Shown here one piece after another: positions 12,301-25,677 of a stretch of DNA of 64,000 nucleotides. Both the position numbers and the translations under genes were made by a program. Positions within the stretch are counted from its first letter, which is position 1. The number at the start of each line of letters is the position of its first letter. The notes under the pieces were generated by a model. That model was not told the origin of the DNA and ran no database searches. It saw nothing but the letters and a program-made list of their open reading frames with translations. The stretch comes from Eledone cirrhosa (lineage: Eukaryota), in contig OZ024741.1 of the NCBI GenBank assembly GCA_964016885.1, positions 194,618,001 to 194,682,000 on the forward strand, given 5' to 3'.

Positions 12301-13690
12301 TGTTCACAGATTTAACAAGGTACTGGTGGTCTTTGCAGTATGTAGCCGGACGCATTCAGACTTACCTTGCGTCTCTCTATCGCTGATTCCACCATCCACG
12401 TGGGGTACTTCCACTAGCGTCTGTCTTCGCACACCCGTCACCTTGCAGAGCCCTGTCCTGCTTCCGGTCAGGTGGCCCCCAACTTCCGGCAATCCCCTCC
12501 TACGACAGCTCTACACCCCCTCTATCTCGCGGTACCCCCACACGCCCCCCCTGATCTCAAGGACAATCCCCCCATCACACTGCTCCATCTCAAAATCCGC
12601 CATCCACCTAGGTTGGCGTTGGCTCCGTTGCGATCTCCGCACTGTTGGGACGGCACTTTCATTTTCCTCTTCCTCGGAGTCCCTCACCACAACGACTCTA
12701 CGGATGTTCAAGATGTGACATGGCATTCCGTCCACAGACACGTTGTTTTGGGAATTTACGGTGGTTACCATCCCTTTCCCCACTGAGATGTGCAATGCGC
12801 GTTCGGGGGCTTGACCCATACCTCTTCGCCCACTCATACGACTGCACTCACTCTCTCCATCGGCTGCTGTGGTACCGTGCACGGGTGTCGCCATTCATAT
12901 CTGTATATTGCCCTGTGTGGCACCGACTCTTCGGCCTGTCCCACCCGTGGAGACATGTTGTACCAAGACACTACCTCCATTGGCGAAATGTGCCCCCTTT
13001 CCGCCACGGCCTTGATCGTGCGATGGTGTCTCTCCACGATCCCATTTCCGCTCGGCCTGTATGCCACTCTGAAGAAGCGATTCACCTTCCACTTGTCAAG
13101 CATTTCTCTCAGCGCCCCCCAAGCGAAACGCTGTGCTGTTGTCCATCAGCAGTTCATTCATCTACAGGGCCCCGCTCCAAGAATATCTCTCTCAGATTCT
13201 GCATGATTTCCTCCGCAGTCCCTGTCTTCATTTCCCTCCATATCGCCATCCGTCCCAGCCCACAATCGACCATCGAAAGATACATTCCTTGTCGGTAGTG
13301 TGTCACGTCTACCGCTAATCACTTCCAGTTGTGCTCCACCGGGATGCTTCCTGTCTCGTGCACACCTGGGGCAGGGTCGATAGACTGGCATCTGTCGCAA
13401 CCTCCGACCACTTTCTGGACACTCTGCTAACATCAGAGTCAATGCTTTTGGCTAGGAACATGTGGTGCATGGCATGCAGTGCCCTCAACTCCGAATCACT
13501 CAGCTGACACACTGCCACTATCCCCTTCTCTGCGTCCTCTGGCGTTTCCAGCCAGGCTTTCTTTACCCTGGTTAATACGTCTGCCCTGTTTTTCTCTGCG
13601 GGCACAAAAACTACACTCAACTCCAGGCCGAACTCGGCGGACAGCTCTCCTAGAGTTCCCAGGCGGCGCTTTATCAACATTTCTGCTGGG
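12301..13690 (-). mobile_element. Gypsy-like remnant: RNase H/integrase, PPT and intact 3' LTR (12301-12542)
   Basis: Homologous to 5440-6530; YRPSGNGIVERHHRTIK; on the minus strand the G-rich PPT is followed by TGTGG...GAACA (242 bp). Confidence 0.9.
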
Positions 13691-13940
13691 TAGAGATAGA
13701 TCACACTGGGGGATCATAGGACCACAGGGGGTGGTAGAGATAGATCACACTGGGGGATTATAGGGACCACATGGGGTAATAGAGATAGAGCACACTAGGA
13801 CATTATAGGGACTGCAGGGGGTAGTAGAGATAGAGTACACTGGCGGGGGGGGGTGTTATAGGGACCACAGGGGGTAATAGAGACTATACTTGGAGTAGTA
13901 GAGATCACACTGGGCTAATAGAGACTACACTGGGGTAGCA
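13690..13940. repeat. ~43-bp tandem repeat at the Gypsy breakpoint
   Basis: GGGGGTAGTAGAGATAGATCACACTGGGGGATTATAGGGACCACA-like units. Confidence 0.75.
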
Positions 13941-14952
13941 GGCTATTGAAAAGTAACTCTATTTTGATTTTAGACACTACATGTCTAAATCAAACTCCTG
14001 CTAGAAGGGTGGGTTGAATTTTGAGAAAGACCCACCAACATCAGATATGGATTAATCTATTGAGTTAAGACTTTAATGAAAATCATTAAAAAATGAAAAA
14101 AGTAGGAACAGGTTGAGGTTGATATCTGAAAGAAAGAGGAGGAAGAAAGTGTAATGTTAAGATTGTGATTGTTTTATATGAAGGAATGTGTGAAGTAGAA
14201 AGACATGTTGGGATTCAAACAGTTGAGGATATGTAAGATATTAGTGACACTCTCCAGTGACAACCTGATGTATTCAGCAACAGATCTAGGTAATATTGTC
14301 CTATAAGCTGAAGGTCACAAGCTTTCTGATATGTTTGTTGTTGAACCTGTAGTAGTGGCGAGCTGGCATTCTTGGTCCCCAAACCACCTCCCTACTCACT
14401 GCTCTCAGGAGTAGGGAGTTGACCACCCACAGGAGTGAGCCACACAAGTTGGAATGGATCTTTCCATGTGTCTCCCTTGCTATCCTCCTGGGTAATTCTT
14501 AACTCTAGTTTGTGTGCTGGAATCATGAGGCAACATGCACTTGTGGTTCTGTCTAGGACTATATCAATGTGATAATGATGGTGGTGGTCTGTGTGTTTAT
14601 GATAAATACACACATAAACTTTCTTAACAATTAAAAAAATGAAATGACTGAAAAAAAAATCTAATTCTGGCACCTTCTCCACACAGGAATACATATAGAA
14701 ATAATAAATAAGCTCTGTCAATTGGCCACCTCACTGTAAGCCATACACAACATCAAGGTTGGCTAGTTTTCAGTTGCTGTGAGTGCAATTGTGACACCGA
14801 CTAAGGCAATATGAAAATATGTTTGTAAGAAGATGATGGTAATGGTGGTGGTGGTGGTGGTGGTGGTCATCGTCATCATTGTCGTTGTGATGGTAGTGGT
14901 CATGGTTGTGATCATCGTGGTTGTGGTTTTTATGTGCTATTTACATAAATGT

Positions 14953-15119
14953 TCATGATGTTTGAATCATGGGACATCTTGTAGGTAGATGTGGAGAGCA
15001 ATAGTGGAAGGTGGTGGGAAACAACTCCCTTCCGAAATGTTTCTGATAAATGCTGCTGTGATAGTGTTTGAACATCTTTTGGGAACAACTGACACAGATT
15101 TTCTCATAATTCAACAATC
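14953..15119 (-). CDS. LRR protein, coding exon 8 (last): Cys-rich tail
   Basis: TTTCAG acceptor, phase 1; LLNYEKICVSCSQKMFKHY...HYCSPHLPTRCPMIQTS*. Confidence 0.8.
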
Positions 15120-16020
15120 CTGAAAATACAGGGGAAAAAAAACGGTTACCAACAACAACTACATTATCTTTATCAACAACTGCAGCAGCATCAACAACAA
15201 CAGCAATATTATTATTGACATCATCATCATCATCATCAGCATCTACAGCAAAAAAATTTGATGGTTATGGCATTTGTGTGTGTAGAAAAAATGTTGATGA
15301 CTCCATGTAAGCGACATCAAATACTTTTTATTAGAATATTGTTCTGATAGCAACCTGATGTCTCTAAAGTTGAGAAAATTTGATGAACCCAGCCCTTTTC
15401 AAAATCCCCCCATTCCCCCCAGGGGGTGATAGTGTCCACTTTGAGAACCTCTGCTCTAAAGGATGAAAGACAAAGTTGACCTTGGTGGGGATTTGAACTC
15501 AGAGCAGTGGGAGCTGGAATGAATACTCTTAAGTATTCTGTCCGATATCTAATGACTCTGTAGCAGTAATATAGATCCTTTGTAATTAAATGTATTTTCC
15601 TTCGGCGGAAGAAAAATGTTACGGAAGTAAATTGGTTGAAGTGTGAGCCAATCAAAACCTTCGGCGTAGCGATACAAGTAACTGGACTACTTAGACCAGA
15701 GAACGGAAGTTAAGCAGAGAACGGAAATAAGACAGAAGACCAGTCTCCAGAAAAATCTGCTACCGTCAAAACGTCGATTCTTCGATACGCCATATCCTGT
15801 CGTATCTCACACATGGAAATACAGGCAAAATGAGTTTCTCAGTGTGAAGCTAGAATAAATGAAGTACATACTTATAATGGAGTTTGTCTATTTAATGCCT
15901 TCTGATCTAACCTTACTAATAACTATAACGACTTACATTCTTCATTATAACTCTGCCAATTTGCCATACATAAATAAAGAAATAGATAAGTTAATGGTTG
16001 CTCTCATCTGGCATACGTAC

Positions 16021-16176
16021 GTTGAAATTGTTTTGGGAGAATGTGAATATCTTTGTAACCATTTGAAGCAATTTTTCTGTTTGTCAGTTCAGCAAGTGTT
16101 GGAAAAGTACTTTCAGATGAAGACCAATGATCAATTGAGAGTTCTTGAGTATTTTCAAACATCGGGTTTCCAAAAA
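16021..16176 (-). CDS. LRR protein, coding exon 7 (LRR cap and BC-box-like motif)
   Basis: IFGNPMF...FPTLAELTNRKI...ILPKQFQ; CCAG acceptor and GTACGT donor, phases 1/1. Confidence 0.82.
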
Positions 16177-16339
16177 CTGGAATATTGACACAATAAAAGA
16201 TTTAACAATTGGAGGTTCCTATGCACAACACTGCCAAATTATCAATTTTACTAAACAAGACAAGAGTTAGTTGTTACAACACCACACACACTATTGGACT
16301 TAAATACAGCACTATTCTCAACGCCTCACGTCTACACTA

Positions 16340-17940
16340 CTAAATGCACCATCACCTCCACTACACCACTAAAACCACCATCACCTCCACTACACCACTA
16401 AAACCACCATCACCTCCACTACACTACTAAAACCACCATCACCTCCATTACACCACTAAAACCACCATAACCTCCACTACATCACTAAAACCACCATCAC
16501 CTCCACTACACCACTAAAAGCACCATCACCACTACACTACTAAAACCACATCACCTCCACTACACCACTAAAACCATCATCACCTCCACTACACCACTAA
16601 AACCATCATCACCTCCACTACACCACTAAAACAACCATCACCTCCACTACACCACTAAAACCACCATCACCTCCATTATACCACTAAAACCACCATCACC
16701 TCCACTACACCACTAAAACCACCATAACCCCCACTACACCACTAAAACCACCATCACCTCCACTACACCACTAAAACCACCATCACCTCCACTACACCAC
16801 TAAAACCACCATCACCTCCACTACACCACTAAAACCATCATTACCTCCACTACACCACTAAAACCACCATCACCACTACACCACTAAAACCACCATCACC
16901 TCCACTACACCACTAAAACCATCATTACCTCCACTACACCACTAAAACCACCATCACCTCCACTACACCACTAAAACCACCATCACCTCCACTACACCAC
17001 TAAAACCATCATTACCTCCACTACACCACTAAAACCACCATCACCACTACACCACTAAAACCACCATCACCTCCACTACACCACTAAAACCACCATCACC
17101 TCCACTACACCACTAATACCACCATCACCTCCACTACACCACTAAAACCACCATCACCTCCACTACACCACTAAAACCACCATCACCTCCACTACACCAC
17201 TAAAACCACCATCACCTCCATTACACCACTAAAACCACCATCACCTCCACTACACCACTAAAACCACCATCACCTCCACTACACCACTAAAACCACCATC
17301 ACCTCCACTACACCACTAAAACCACCATCACCTCCACTACACCACTAAAACCACCATCACCTCCACTACACCACTAAAACCACCATCACCACTACACCAC
17401 TAAAACCACCATGAACTCCACTACACCACTAAAACCACCATCACCTCCACTACACCACTAAAACCACTATCACCTCCATTACACCACTAAAACCACCATC
17501 ACCTTCACTACACCACTAAAACCACCATCACCACTACACCACTGATACCACCATCACCTCCACTACACCACTAAAACCACCATCACCTCCACTACACCAC
17601 TAAAACCACCATCACCTCCACTACACCACTAAAACCACCATCACCTCCACTACACCACTAATACCACCATCACCTCCACTACACCACTAAAACTACCATC
17701 ACCTCCACTACACCACTAAAACCACCATCACCTCCACTACACCACTAAAACCACCATCACCTCCACTACACCACTAAAACCACCATAACCTCCACTACAC
17801 CACTAAAACCACCATCACCTCCACTACACCACTAATACCACCATCACCTCCACTACACCACTAAAACCACCATCACCTCCACTACACCACTAAAACCACC
17901 ATCACCTCCACTACACCACTAAAACCACCATCACACCATT
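16340..17940. repeat. 29-bp minisatellite, ~55 copies, in an LRR-gene intron
   Basis: Unit AAAACCACCATCACCTCCACTACACCACT. Confidence 0.97.
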
Positions 17941-18786
17941 AAACTCAGTAACTCACCACTAGACATTACAAGGGAGGCACAAATCTTTATGGTCACCCGA
18001 CCTGCTAGAAATAGCAACCAAATTTCTTTCAAATCATGCCCATCTTGAATAAAGGAAATATTAGACACTACAGCCCCTAATATACAAAAACGTGTGGGTC
18101 ATGACTGTCTTCCCTCTTCCAGCACACACAATCACATAATAAAGTTAATTCTTAACATCATGTCATGATAAAGCAGAGAATATCTAAACACATATTTGTT
18201 AAATCAAATGTTTCTAGTATGTTTACTAGAGGATAGATTGTTGTAAAAATTTGCAGTATTAGACTAAAGTAAAGACTTTCAGTTTTAATGTGATGCATCA
18301 TCATCATTATCGTTTTTACGTCCGTTTTTCCATGTTTGCTTGGGTTGGATGGGTCCTTTTCAGCATCTCTCTACTTGCTGCGTTTCTTTGTCATCTCCTC
18401 AATGAGTCTCAGCAATTTAAGGTTTTTCTCAGTCTACCTCTACTGCAGCTTCCTTCAACTTGCATTTCTTGACACTTCTTCACCCATCAATCATCATCCA
18501 TGTGCATCACAGCCATACCAATGCAGTTTTCTCTCCTGTACACTACCTCGAATTCCTTGTTAATGTCTTGCTAACACAGTTTCATATGGTACAGGTTGTT
18601 AAGAGTTAAAAACAACTTGAACCAAAACCATTTATTCCCATCAGATTTCAGTTTCCAACAAAGACATAGCTAGAACTTAAAATATTCAAGGATGGGGTTT
18701 TGTTGAAATGGATAGGAATGTTAACTTACTAAAGTGTAGAAGTTTAAATGGGGAATATTTTTAATAAGATAGCATGAGTAACTTAC

Positions 18787-18908
18787 TTTGTAGATATACA
18801 AGGCTGCTGTGAAGAAGGGATGAGGGTAGACTATAAAAATTATTGCCACTCAATTCAAGGATACTCAGTAAGGATAAATAGCTGATACGGTCAGGGAGTT
18901 CTGAAATA
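18787..18908 (-). CDS. LRR protein, coding exon 6
   Basis: ISELPDRISYLSLLSILELSGNNFYSLPSSLLHSSLVYLQ; phases 2/1, GTAAGT donor. Confidence 0.88.
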
Positions 18909-19996
18909 CTGGACAGAAATATTAACAATTTAACAACAAGAACAATAAATTCATACACAAGATTGACAACCACCACAATACTCAGCCCTACCAGGTGCAT
19001 GCATCTTTCTTCCACTCACCACTTCTAATATCTTATGCACCCAAACTACAACACATTAACACTCTCCCAAACACCATCTTTAGAGAGAATTCAGTTCCCT
19101 CAACAGCGGCAGGTTTTCAAATAGTACAGCTAACACATTAGCAATACAACTAGACTTTCTTTACATCCTAAACAACTTACACATAAAAATACACATACCT
19201 CACTGGATCAACTACAACTCTCCCCTAGACATCAACTTCTGTTCCATAAACCTTGCTACTACAACCATGTGGTAAACAATACCACAACATAGCTCAGATC
19301 ATCTACCAGTTATCATCATACCACACTGAGACATCAATAAAAAAGCAAAAATATTTTTACAAATGAAAATAAATGCCATAATGGAACAAGTTCAATCGAG
19401 AAACAGAATCAAAGCTTTCAGAAGTCAACACTATTACAATCACTAATGTAGGCAGCAATAAAATAATTATAGATGCCTCCTTAAAACATATCCTACAAAG
19501 CAACATGAAAATATACATCCCCAATTACACAGCTGAAATAATGAAATCAGTATAACATGATGTGCAAGACTAGACCTTTGGATTACAGGTACAATCCTTC
19601 TGATGGGCTTCCACACAGTTTCCACCTACCTAATTTCACTCATGAGGCTTAAGTTGACCCAGATCATTGAAAATCAGACTAAATTAAAGACTAGAAATTT
19701 TTAAAGGGATACATAGTCATTGTGTTGTTTTGAACTTTTCAAGAATGTCTTGTAAATGAGGTCTGATACAAAGACATAAAGAGCTAACATTATCCCAATA
19801 CTTACTTCCCATCCCCAGAATGGTATCCCACTAGATTCCTTCCCCACAACCACCATCACCTGTAAACATTAGCTACATCACTGTCAGCAGTCTGGTAGAA
19901 GCAAGTTTGTGAAAATATGTCATGGATACTACCTCCCACTGCTTATCAGCATCTGACTAGATTATTTAAAAATCATCAAAGCTACATTTAACTTAC

Positions 19997-20157
19997 AAGT
20001 TATCATTAGCAATCAAACATCTCAGGTTATAACAATTGAAGAGAGCAGTGGTCAAATATTCCAGTTGACATCTTGATATGTTGAGAACTTTCAGGTTTTT
20101 TAGACCCTCAACCTGCTCTGGCAGTTCTTGTAAAGGGTTGCTACTGATATCAAGGAC
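19997..20157 (-). CDS. LRR protein, coding exon 5
   Basis: VLDISSNPLQELPEQVEGLKNLKVLNISRCQLEYLTTALFNCYNLRCLIANDN; phases 0/2. Confidence 0.9.
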
Positions 20158-21422
20158 CTACATAAAATAAAAATGATATAATGTTGACCCATGCAAGCAT
20201 ATAAAGATAGACATACTCCCTACAATGTGTACCCCTTTCCACTCACATCACTCATTCTCTTCAAGGCCACTTACATAACCCAACACCTACCTTCCTCCTC
20301 CATCGCTCACTCTGGGATGACACCCCTCCTCCCTCAGCAAACAAAATGTAGCTTGACACCCTTCCTCCATCACTGCCTTCCCAGCCTGGCAGTGCTGGTG
20401 TCATGATAAAATACACCCAACCCACTCTGTAAAATGGTAGTGCTGGGGCTATAATAAAAAGCATCCAGTACCCCCTGTGGTGGTCATACTGGTGTCACAG
20501 CAAAAAGCACCCAGTCCATCCCATAAGGTGGGAGTGCTGGTGCCACTATAAAATGCACCCTGTACATCTAGTAAGGTGGTTGGCACTAGGAAGGGAAGCC
20601 AGCCATAGAAACCATAAATTAGTCACCTGACCTGTCTAACCTCACAAAGTGGCAAACAATCTAACCCATGAAAGCATGAAAAATATAAGTAAAAGGGTGA
20701 TGATGATAACATACACATATAATTGCTTCTACTTTAGGCACAAGGCCAGCAATTACCCAGTGCATTACTGGTACTTTATTTTATCGACCCCGTAAGGATG
20801 AAAGGCAAAGTCAACCTCGGCGGGATTTGAACTCAGAATGGCAAGGGCCGTAACTCTATGCGTCAAAGCATGGCTTCCGACCCTCTACCGATACTGCCAA
20901 TTCACCGCCCTTAATAATATAATGTAATATAATATAATATAATTTTGTTTGTTTTTATTTATTCCTCAGTCAATTTCATAAACTTTAGCATCTTTTTAAT
21001 GTTTTATTTTGCCTCCATTAACTTTAGCAGCTTCTTGCTCTAGCTCATCAAAACTTAGTTATATGCAAATTAGTATGTCCATTTCAGAATAATACTAAGA
21101 GTGAATGAGTATATATACCCATCAAATACATGTTTCCTTGTTGCTGGTTGGATGATATACATGTCTTCTGATGAGGGTCCAATTAGATCCAAAAATCTAA
21201 TTAAAGATGTTTATCATTTTTTCAATTTACAGGGAAATTCATATTTTTTAGCATATTTCCATCTGTAAATATTAGATATGTGTATATATTTATACACATT
21301 GGTGCAGTCTCAGTTACATACTCTGTATTTATTCAGATATAACTTTATCAATATAATATAGTGTAATGTAATATAATATAACATAACATAAAATAGTATA
21401 ATATAAAGGGAGAGCAGTTTAC

Positions 21423-21477
21423 CTCTAATGAATGAACCTGGAATAAGGAGACTGGAAGTTTCTTCAAATTGTTGCCA
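21423..21477 (-). CDS. LRR protein, coding exon 4
   Basis: GNNLKKLPVSLFQVHSLE; TGTAG acceptor, GTAAAC donor, phases 2/0. Confidence 0.88.
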
Positions 21478-21879
21478 CTACAGAATAAGATAAGAGAAAA
21501 CAGTGTATAAAGTTGATGAGGTGAAGTAAGAGAGGTTTTAAAACTAACTAGAGTTAGGTGGTGGATTTGTAGAATTGGTAGTGCATCAGAATAAGAAAAG
21601 AGAACTCAGTGTGTAAAGTAAGGTGTTGAAGTGAAGAAGGAGAGCTTTTAATATTAACTGGAATTGGACGGTGGATTGGCAAAATTGGTAGAGCATCAGA
21701 TAAAGTGTCATTGCAGTTTTTGTTCTAGCTTTTTTACATTCTGAATTCAAATCCTGAATGCAGAGAATTGGCAGTATAAATAGAGTGTCAGACAACATAC
21801 TTTGTAGCATATAGTTATAACCCTTTACATTCTGAGTTCAAATCCTGTTGAAGTTAGCTATTGTCTTTGATTATACACC

Positions 21880-23500
21880 TCACCTCAGGTAAAGTTATAT
21901 GATCCTCCACCAGTGTTCAAAGATGTTTGGCATTCTTATGTGCACTACTGTCTTTGAGCACGCTATGCTCCTCACCACAGATAAAGTTATATCATCCTCC
22001 ACCAACGATCTCAAGGTAGACAATGTTGTTCATAGCATCACAACTCCATTCACAATGTGGCACCTGGATGAATCAATGATAGGTGAGTCCCTAGACTTCC
22101 TGCTCTGGTGTGATCACTTGCCTGTCAGAGATTGTGAACATTAATTATGACACAGGATTTATTGACTGCTGTCTAGGACATGCAATCAATATTCCAACCA
22201 ATGCAGGTGATCCCAAAGGAAAATGATCTCATCTTCAGTTTGCCAACCCTCCCCCTTGCTATTTGGTAAGCACTCAGGTCAAAACACTATGAGCAGACTG
22301 AATTGTATCAACGCACATCCAACCTTCATCCTGTTGAAGAACTGCTTTGTCATGCTGAAACTTTTATTTACTTTCCATAATGCCCCCTACTACAGTTACA
22401 CATTTCTTCTCATAGATCTTGCTGCCTGTATCTGGTGTGGTACTGAGATGATACCGATGGGCAACAGGCAACCTCACCCAATAGATACAGTGGTCCTGGT
22501 CTCAATTCTCCAGTCTCATTGGCATTGCTAACATTTCTTTCGACATTCTTATCATACCCTCATCTACAAGGTTCTCCACAACATATCAGAACCTACTGCA
22601 ATCAAGCAATGCAAACAAGGGCTCGGACAGCATTGTACACCTACTTGACTAACACTACCTGGCAGGTTTCCGTTCTGTCTCCTGACCCCATAATGGTGCC
22701 TATCTAAATGCTATACCCTCCATATCAACCAGTATTCAGCTGAACAGCAACTCTCTGCATTAGTGTTTCTCTAAAGCTTGGCCTCAGGATCTGTGAGTAA
22801 CACAGATGCCACTAGGGATCCATGGTGAATGTTTTCAAAGTTCACCCACTGTTATACTGTTACAGTGTTGGTCACCTCCTATGATATCTAGCTCTCAACA
22901 AGATCATTAAACATGGCTTAGATGCAGCCTATTTTTTTCACAGCTCAAGCTGGTGATATTGGACTGTGGGGACAGCAGAAAGCCAGGTGCCATCATGATC
23001 TTCCTGTTCTGTAGTGGTAACCCCTCATTTAGGGTGCAACATGGAGCAACACTTTCTTTAGCAGCAACCTGGTGTATTTGGTGACAGACCCAGGCTTCAT
23101 TACCTGACAAGCCGAAGATCACAAGCTGTTGAAGTATCAACCCCTTTCTGTTAGGTTTGTTATTGAACCTGTAGTGGTGGAGACTTCTGGCATTCTTGGT
23201 CCTTGTACAACCTCCTTAATCACCACTATTAGGTTGAAGTTGGTCACTCACAGAAGTGAGCTGTGAAAGCTGGAATGGTTATCACAACACATTCCCCTCT
23301 CTATCCCCTGAGCTAATGCTTTCTCCATTCTATCTGTTGAAACCAGAGAGTGTTCTCCCACAACATCCAGGTTTTCACCTGGGGTCCTGCATACCAGAGT
23401 GTTTTCCCACATCATCCTGGGATCCTGCAAGCCAGAAAGTGTTCACTCACACCATCCAGGCTTGCACTATTGGGGTAGCAATAACTGAGTATTCTTTCCC
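21880..23500 (+). mobile_element. Highly decayed RLE-type non-LTR retrotransposon (clade uncertain)
   Basis: Fragmentary IPKE, EPVVVETSGILGP and WLSQHI..ANAFSI motifs; similar piece near 14180-14550. Confidence 0.45.
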
Positions 23501-24187
23501 ATATTTTTGTAGTTTTTAAACTCACTGTTCACAGAATATTCCAGACTATAATTTAAACTAAAAAACATATTTGTATCTGTTTTTCATTTTCTGCTGCAAC
23601 ATGATTCCAGCTTAAAATATTCATAGGAAGATATATATATGTTTAATTTACAGAAAAATATCATATATGCCTTCATCTACAGCTCTATAATCAATAACGG
23701 TCACTTGATATACTAGAAATAGCATTCAAACCTTCCTTAACTCACATCCAACTCTCTTTCTAAAAATAACACATTAGCTTTTGTAGTCCTGAATATACTG
23801 TCTGAAAAACGATGATTTGGTTAAATCTGAAGTGCCCTTAATCATAGATCAGGGGTGCCTAGAGCTAAACAACAACAAGAATTGCATAGTCTGTTGTTCT
23901 TGTTGATCTCTGAATAGATATTATTCCATTATACAACATATTGGATATATCACATGTGTATAGAATAGAGTGGGTTACCACATGTACATAGAGTAGAGAG
24001 GGTTACCAGATATATGGAGTAAGATACGATATGCGTATAGAGCAGAGTAGGATAACACATGTATATAGAATGGAGTGAGATACCACATGTGTGTTGAGTA
24101 GATTTGGGATACCACATATAGGTTGTGTAGAATGGCAGTGTTGTAATTGTTGTTTAGCCCCACATCAGCCCTGATCTAGCAAATGGA

Positions 24188-24827
24188 AAAAGATGAGACA
24201 GGTTCACCAACTAAGTTAGGATTAGCCAGTAAAAGATGAGACAGGTTCACCAACTAAGTTAGGATTAGCCAGTAAAAGATGAGACAGGTTCACCAACTAA
24301 GTTAGGATTAGCCAGTAAAAGATGAGACAGGTTCACCAACTAAGTTAGGATTAGCCAGTAAAAGATGAGACAGGTTCACCAACTCAGTTAGGATTAGCCA
24401 GTAAAAGATGAGACAGGTTCACCAACTCAGTTAGGATTAGCCAGTAAAAGATGAGACAGGTTCACCAACTAAGTTAGGATTAGCCAGTAAAAGATGAGAC
24501 AGGTTCACCAACTCAGTTAGGATTAGCCAGTAAAAGATGAGACAGGCTCACCAACTAAGTTAGGATTAGCCAGTAAAAGATGAGACAGGCTCACCAACTA
24601 AGTTAGGATTAGCCAGTAAAAGATGAGACAGGTTCACCAACTCAGTTAGGATTAACCAGTAAAAGATGAGACAGGCTCACCAACTAAGTTAGGATTAGCC
24701 AGTAAAAGATGAGACAGGCTCACCAACTAAGTTAGGATTAGCCAGTAAAAGATGAGACAGGTTCACCAACTAAGTTAGGATTAGCCAGTAAAAGATGAGA
24801 CAGCTTCACCAACTCAGTTAGGATTAG
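24188..24827. repeat. 43-bp minisatellite, ~15 near-identical copies
   Basis: Unit AAAAGATGAGACAGGTTCACCAACTAAGTTAGGATTAGCCAGT. Confidence 0.97.
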
Positions 24828-24865
24828 TGAATAAAGGAAAAAGAAAAACAAAAGATGATACATAC

Positions 24866-24977
24866 CTTGCTGTAAATTGTTGTAAATTTTGTAAATGACC
24901 AAACTGTTGTGGGAGTTGATTGAGGTAGTTTGCAGAAATATTCAACACGCTCAATTTAGTGAGTAACCAGAGACTAT
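24866..24977 (-). CDS. LRR protein, coding exon 3
   Basis: SLWLLTKLSVLNISANYLNQLPQQFGHLQNLQQFTA; phases 1/2, GTATG donor. Confidence 0.88.
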
Positions 24978-25230
24978 CTTGAAATAGGGTAAAATTGAAA
25001 CAAACATTAACATAACTATGACAGCATAAAGGATATTAATGTAATTTATCAAATTATAAGAAACATTAATGAGGATGTAATTGTGTAGTACTTTGGGCAT
25101 ATGTCTTGGATCCACCCAAGCCTTATGAATGAAATTAAGTAAACAGAAACTGTTGAAAAGTCATCAACTGATACAAAGGGCCAGCTTTGTCACACACTGT
25201 GTTATACTGAGAATTATGTTAAGGATACAT

Positions 25231-25560
25231 GGAGGCACATGGTTTAGTGGTTAGAGCATTGGCCTTGCAATTGAAAGGTTGTGAGTTCAATTCTCAGACC
25301 GGGTGATGTGTTGTTTCCTTGAGCAAGACACTTTATTTCACATTGCTCCAGTTTACTCAGCTGTAGAAATGAGATGATAGGGACTGGGGTCCCTATCATT
25401 CCACTGCAAAGTGGTCGTGGAGGTGCCACGGCAAAAAAGCACCCAGCACTCACTGTAAATGAGGTTGGTGTTAGGAAGGGCATCCAGCTGTAGAAATCAA
25501 GCCAGAATCAGTTCCCGTCCCACCCTTGCAAGCGGACATAAAATGATGATGATGATGATG
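25231..25560 (+). mobile_element. tRNA-head SINE with RTE-like 3' end and (GAT)n tail
   Basis: A box TGGTTTAGTGG, B box GAGTTCAATTC; GATACAT occurs on both flanks. Confidence 0.85.
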
Positions 25561-25677
25561 ATACATATATCTATAAAATACTCAGTCACTTAGATGTTTA
25601 TTTCATGAGTATACCATTCCATTAATCAAACTACTGGAACATTGAATATGTTAGCGACCATGAAGAGGACCTACATA

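Noticed and set aside
15591-15868. Possible solo LTR (TGTA...TACA with AATAAA)
   Set aside because: No TSD and no second copy in the window.
24188-24827. CRISPR-like array
   Set aside because: No unique spacers, no cas genes, eukaryotic intron.
25231-25305. tRNA gene
   Set aside because: SINE head without a proper acceptor stem or terminator.
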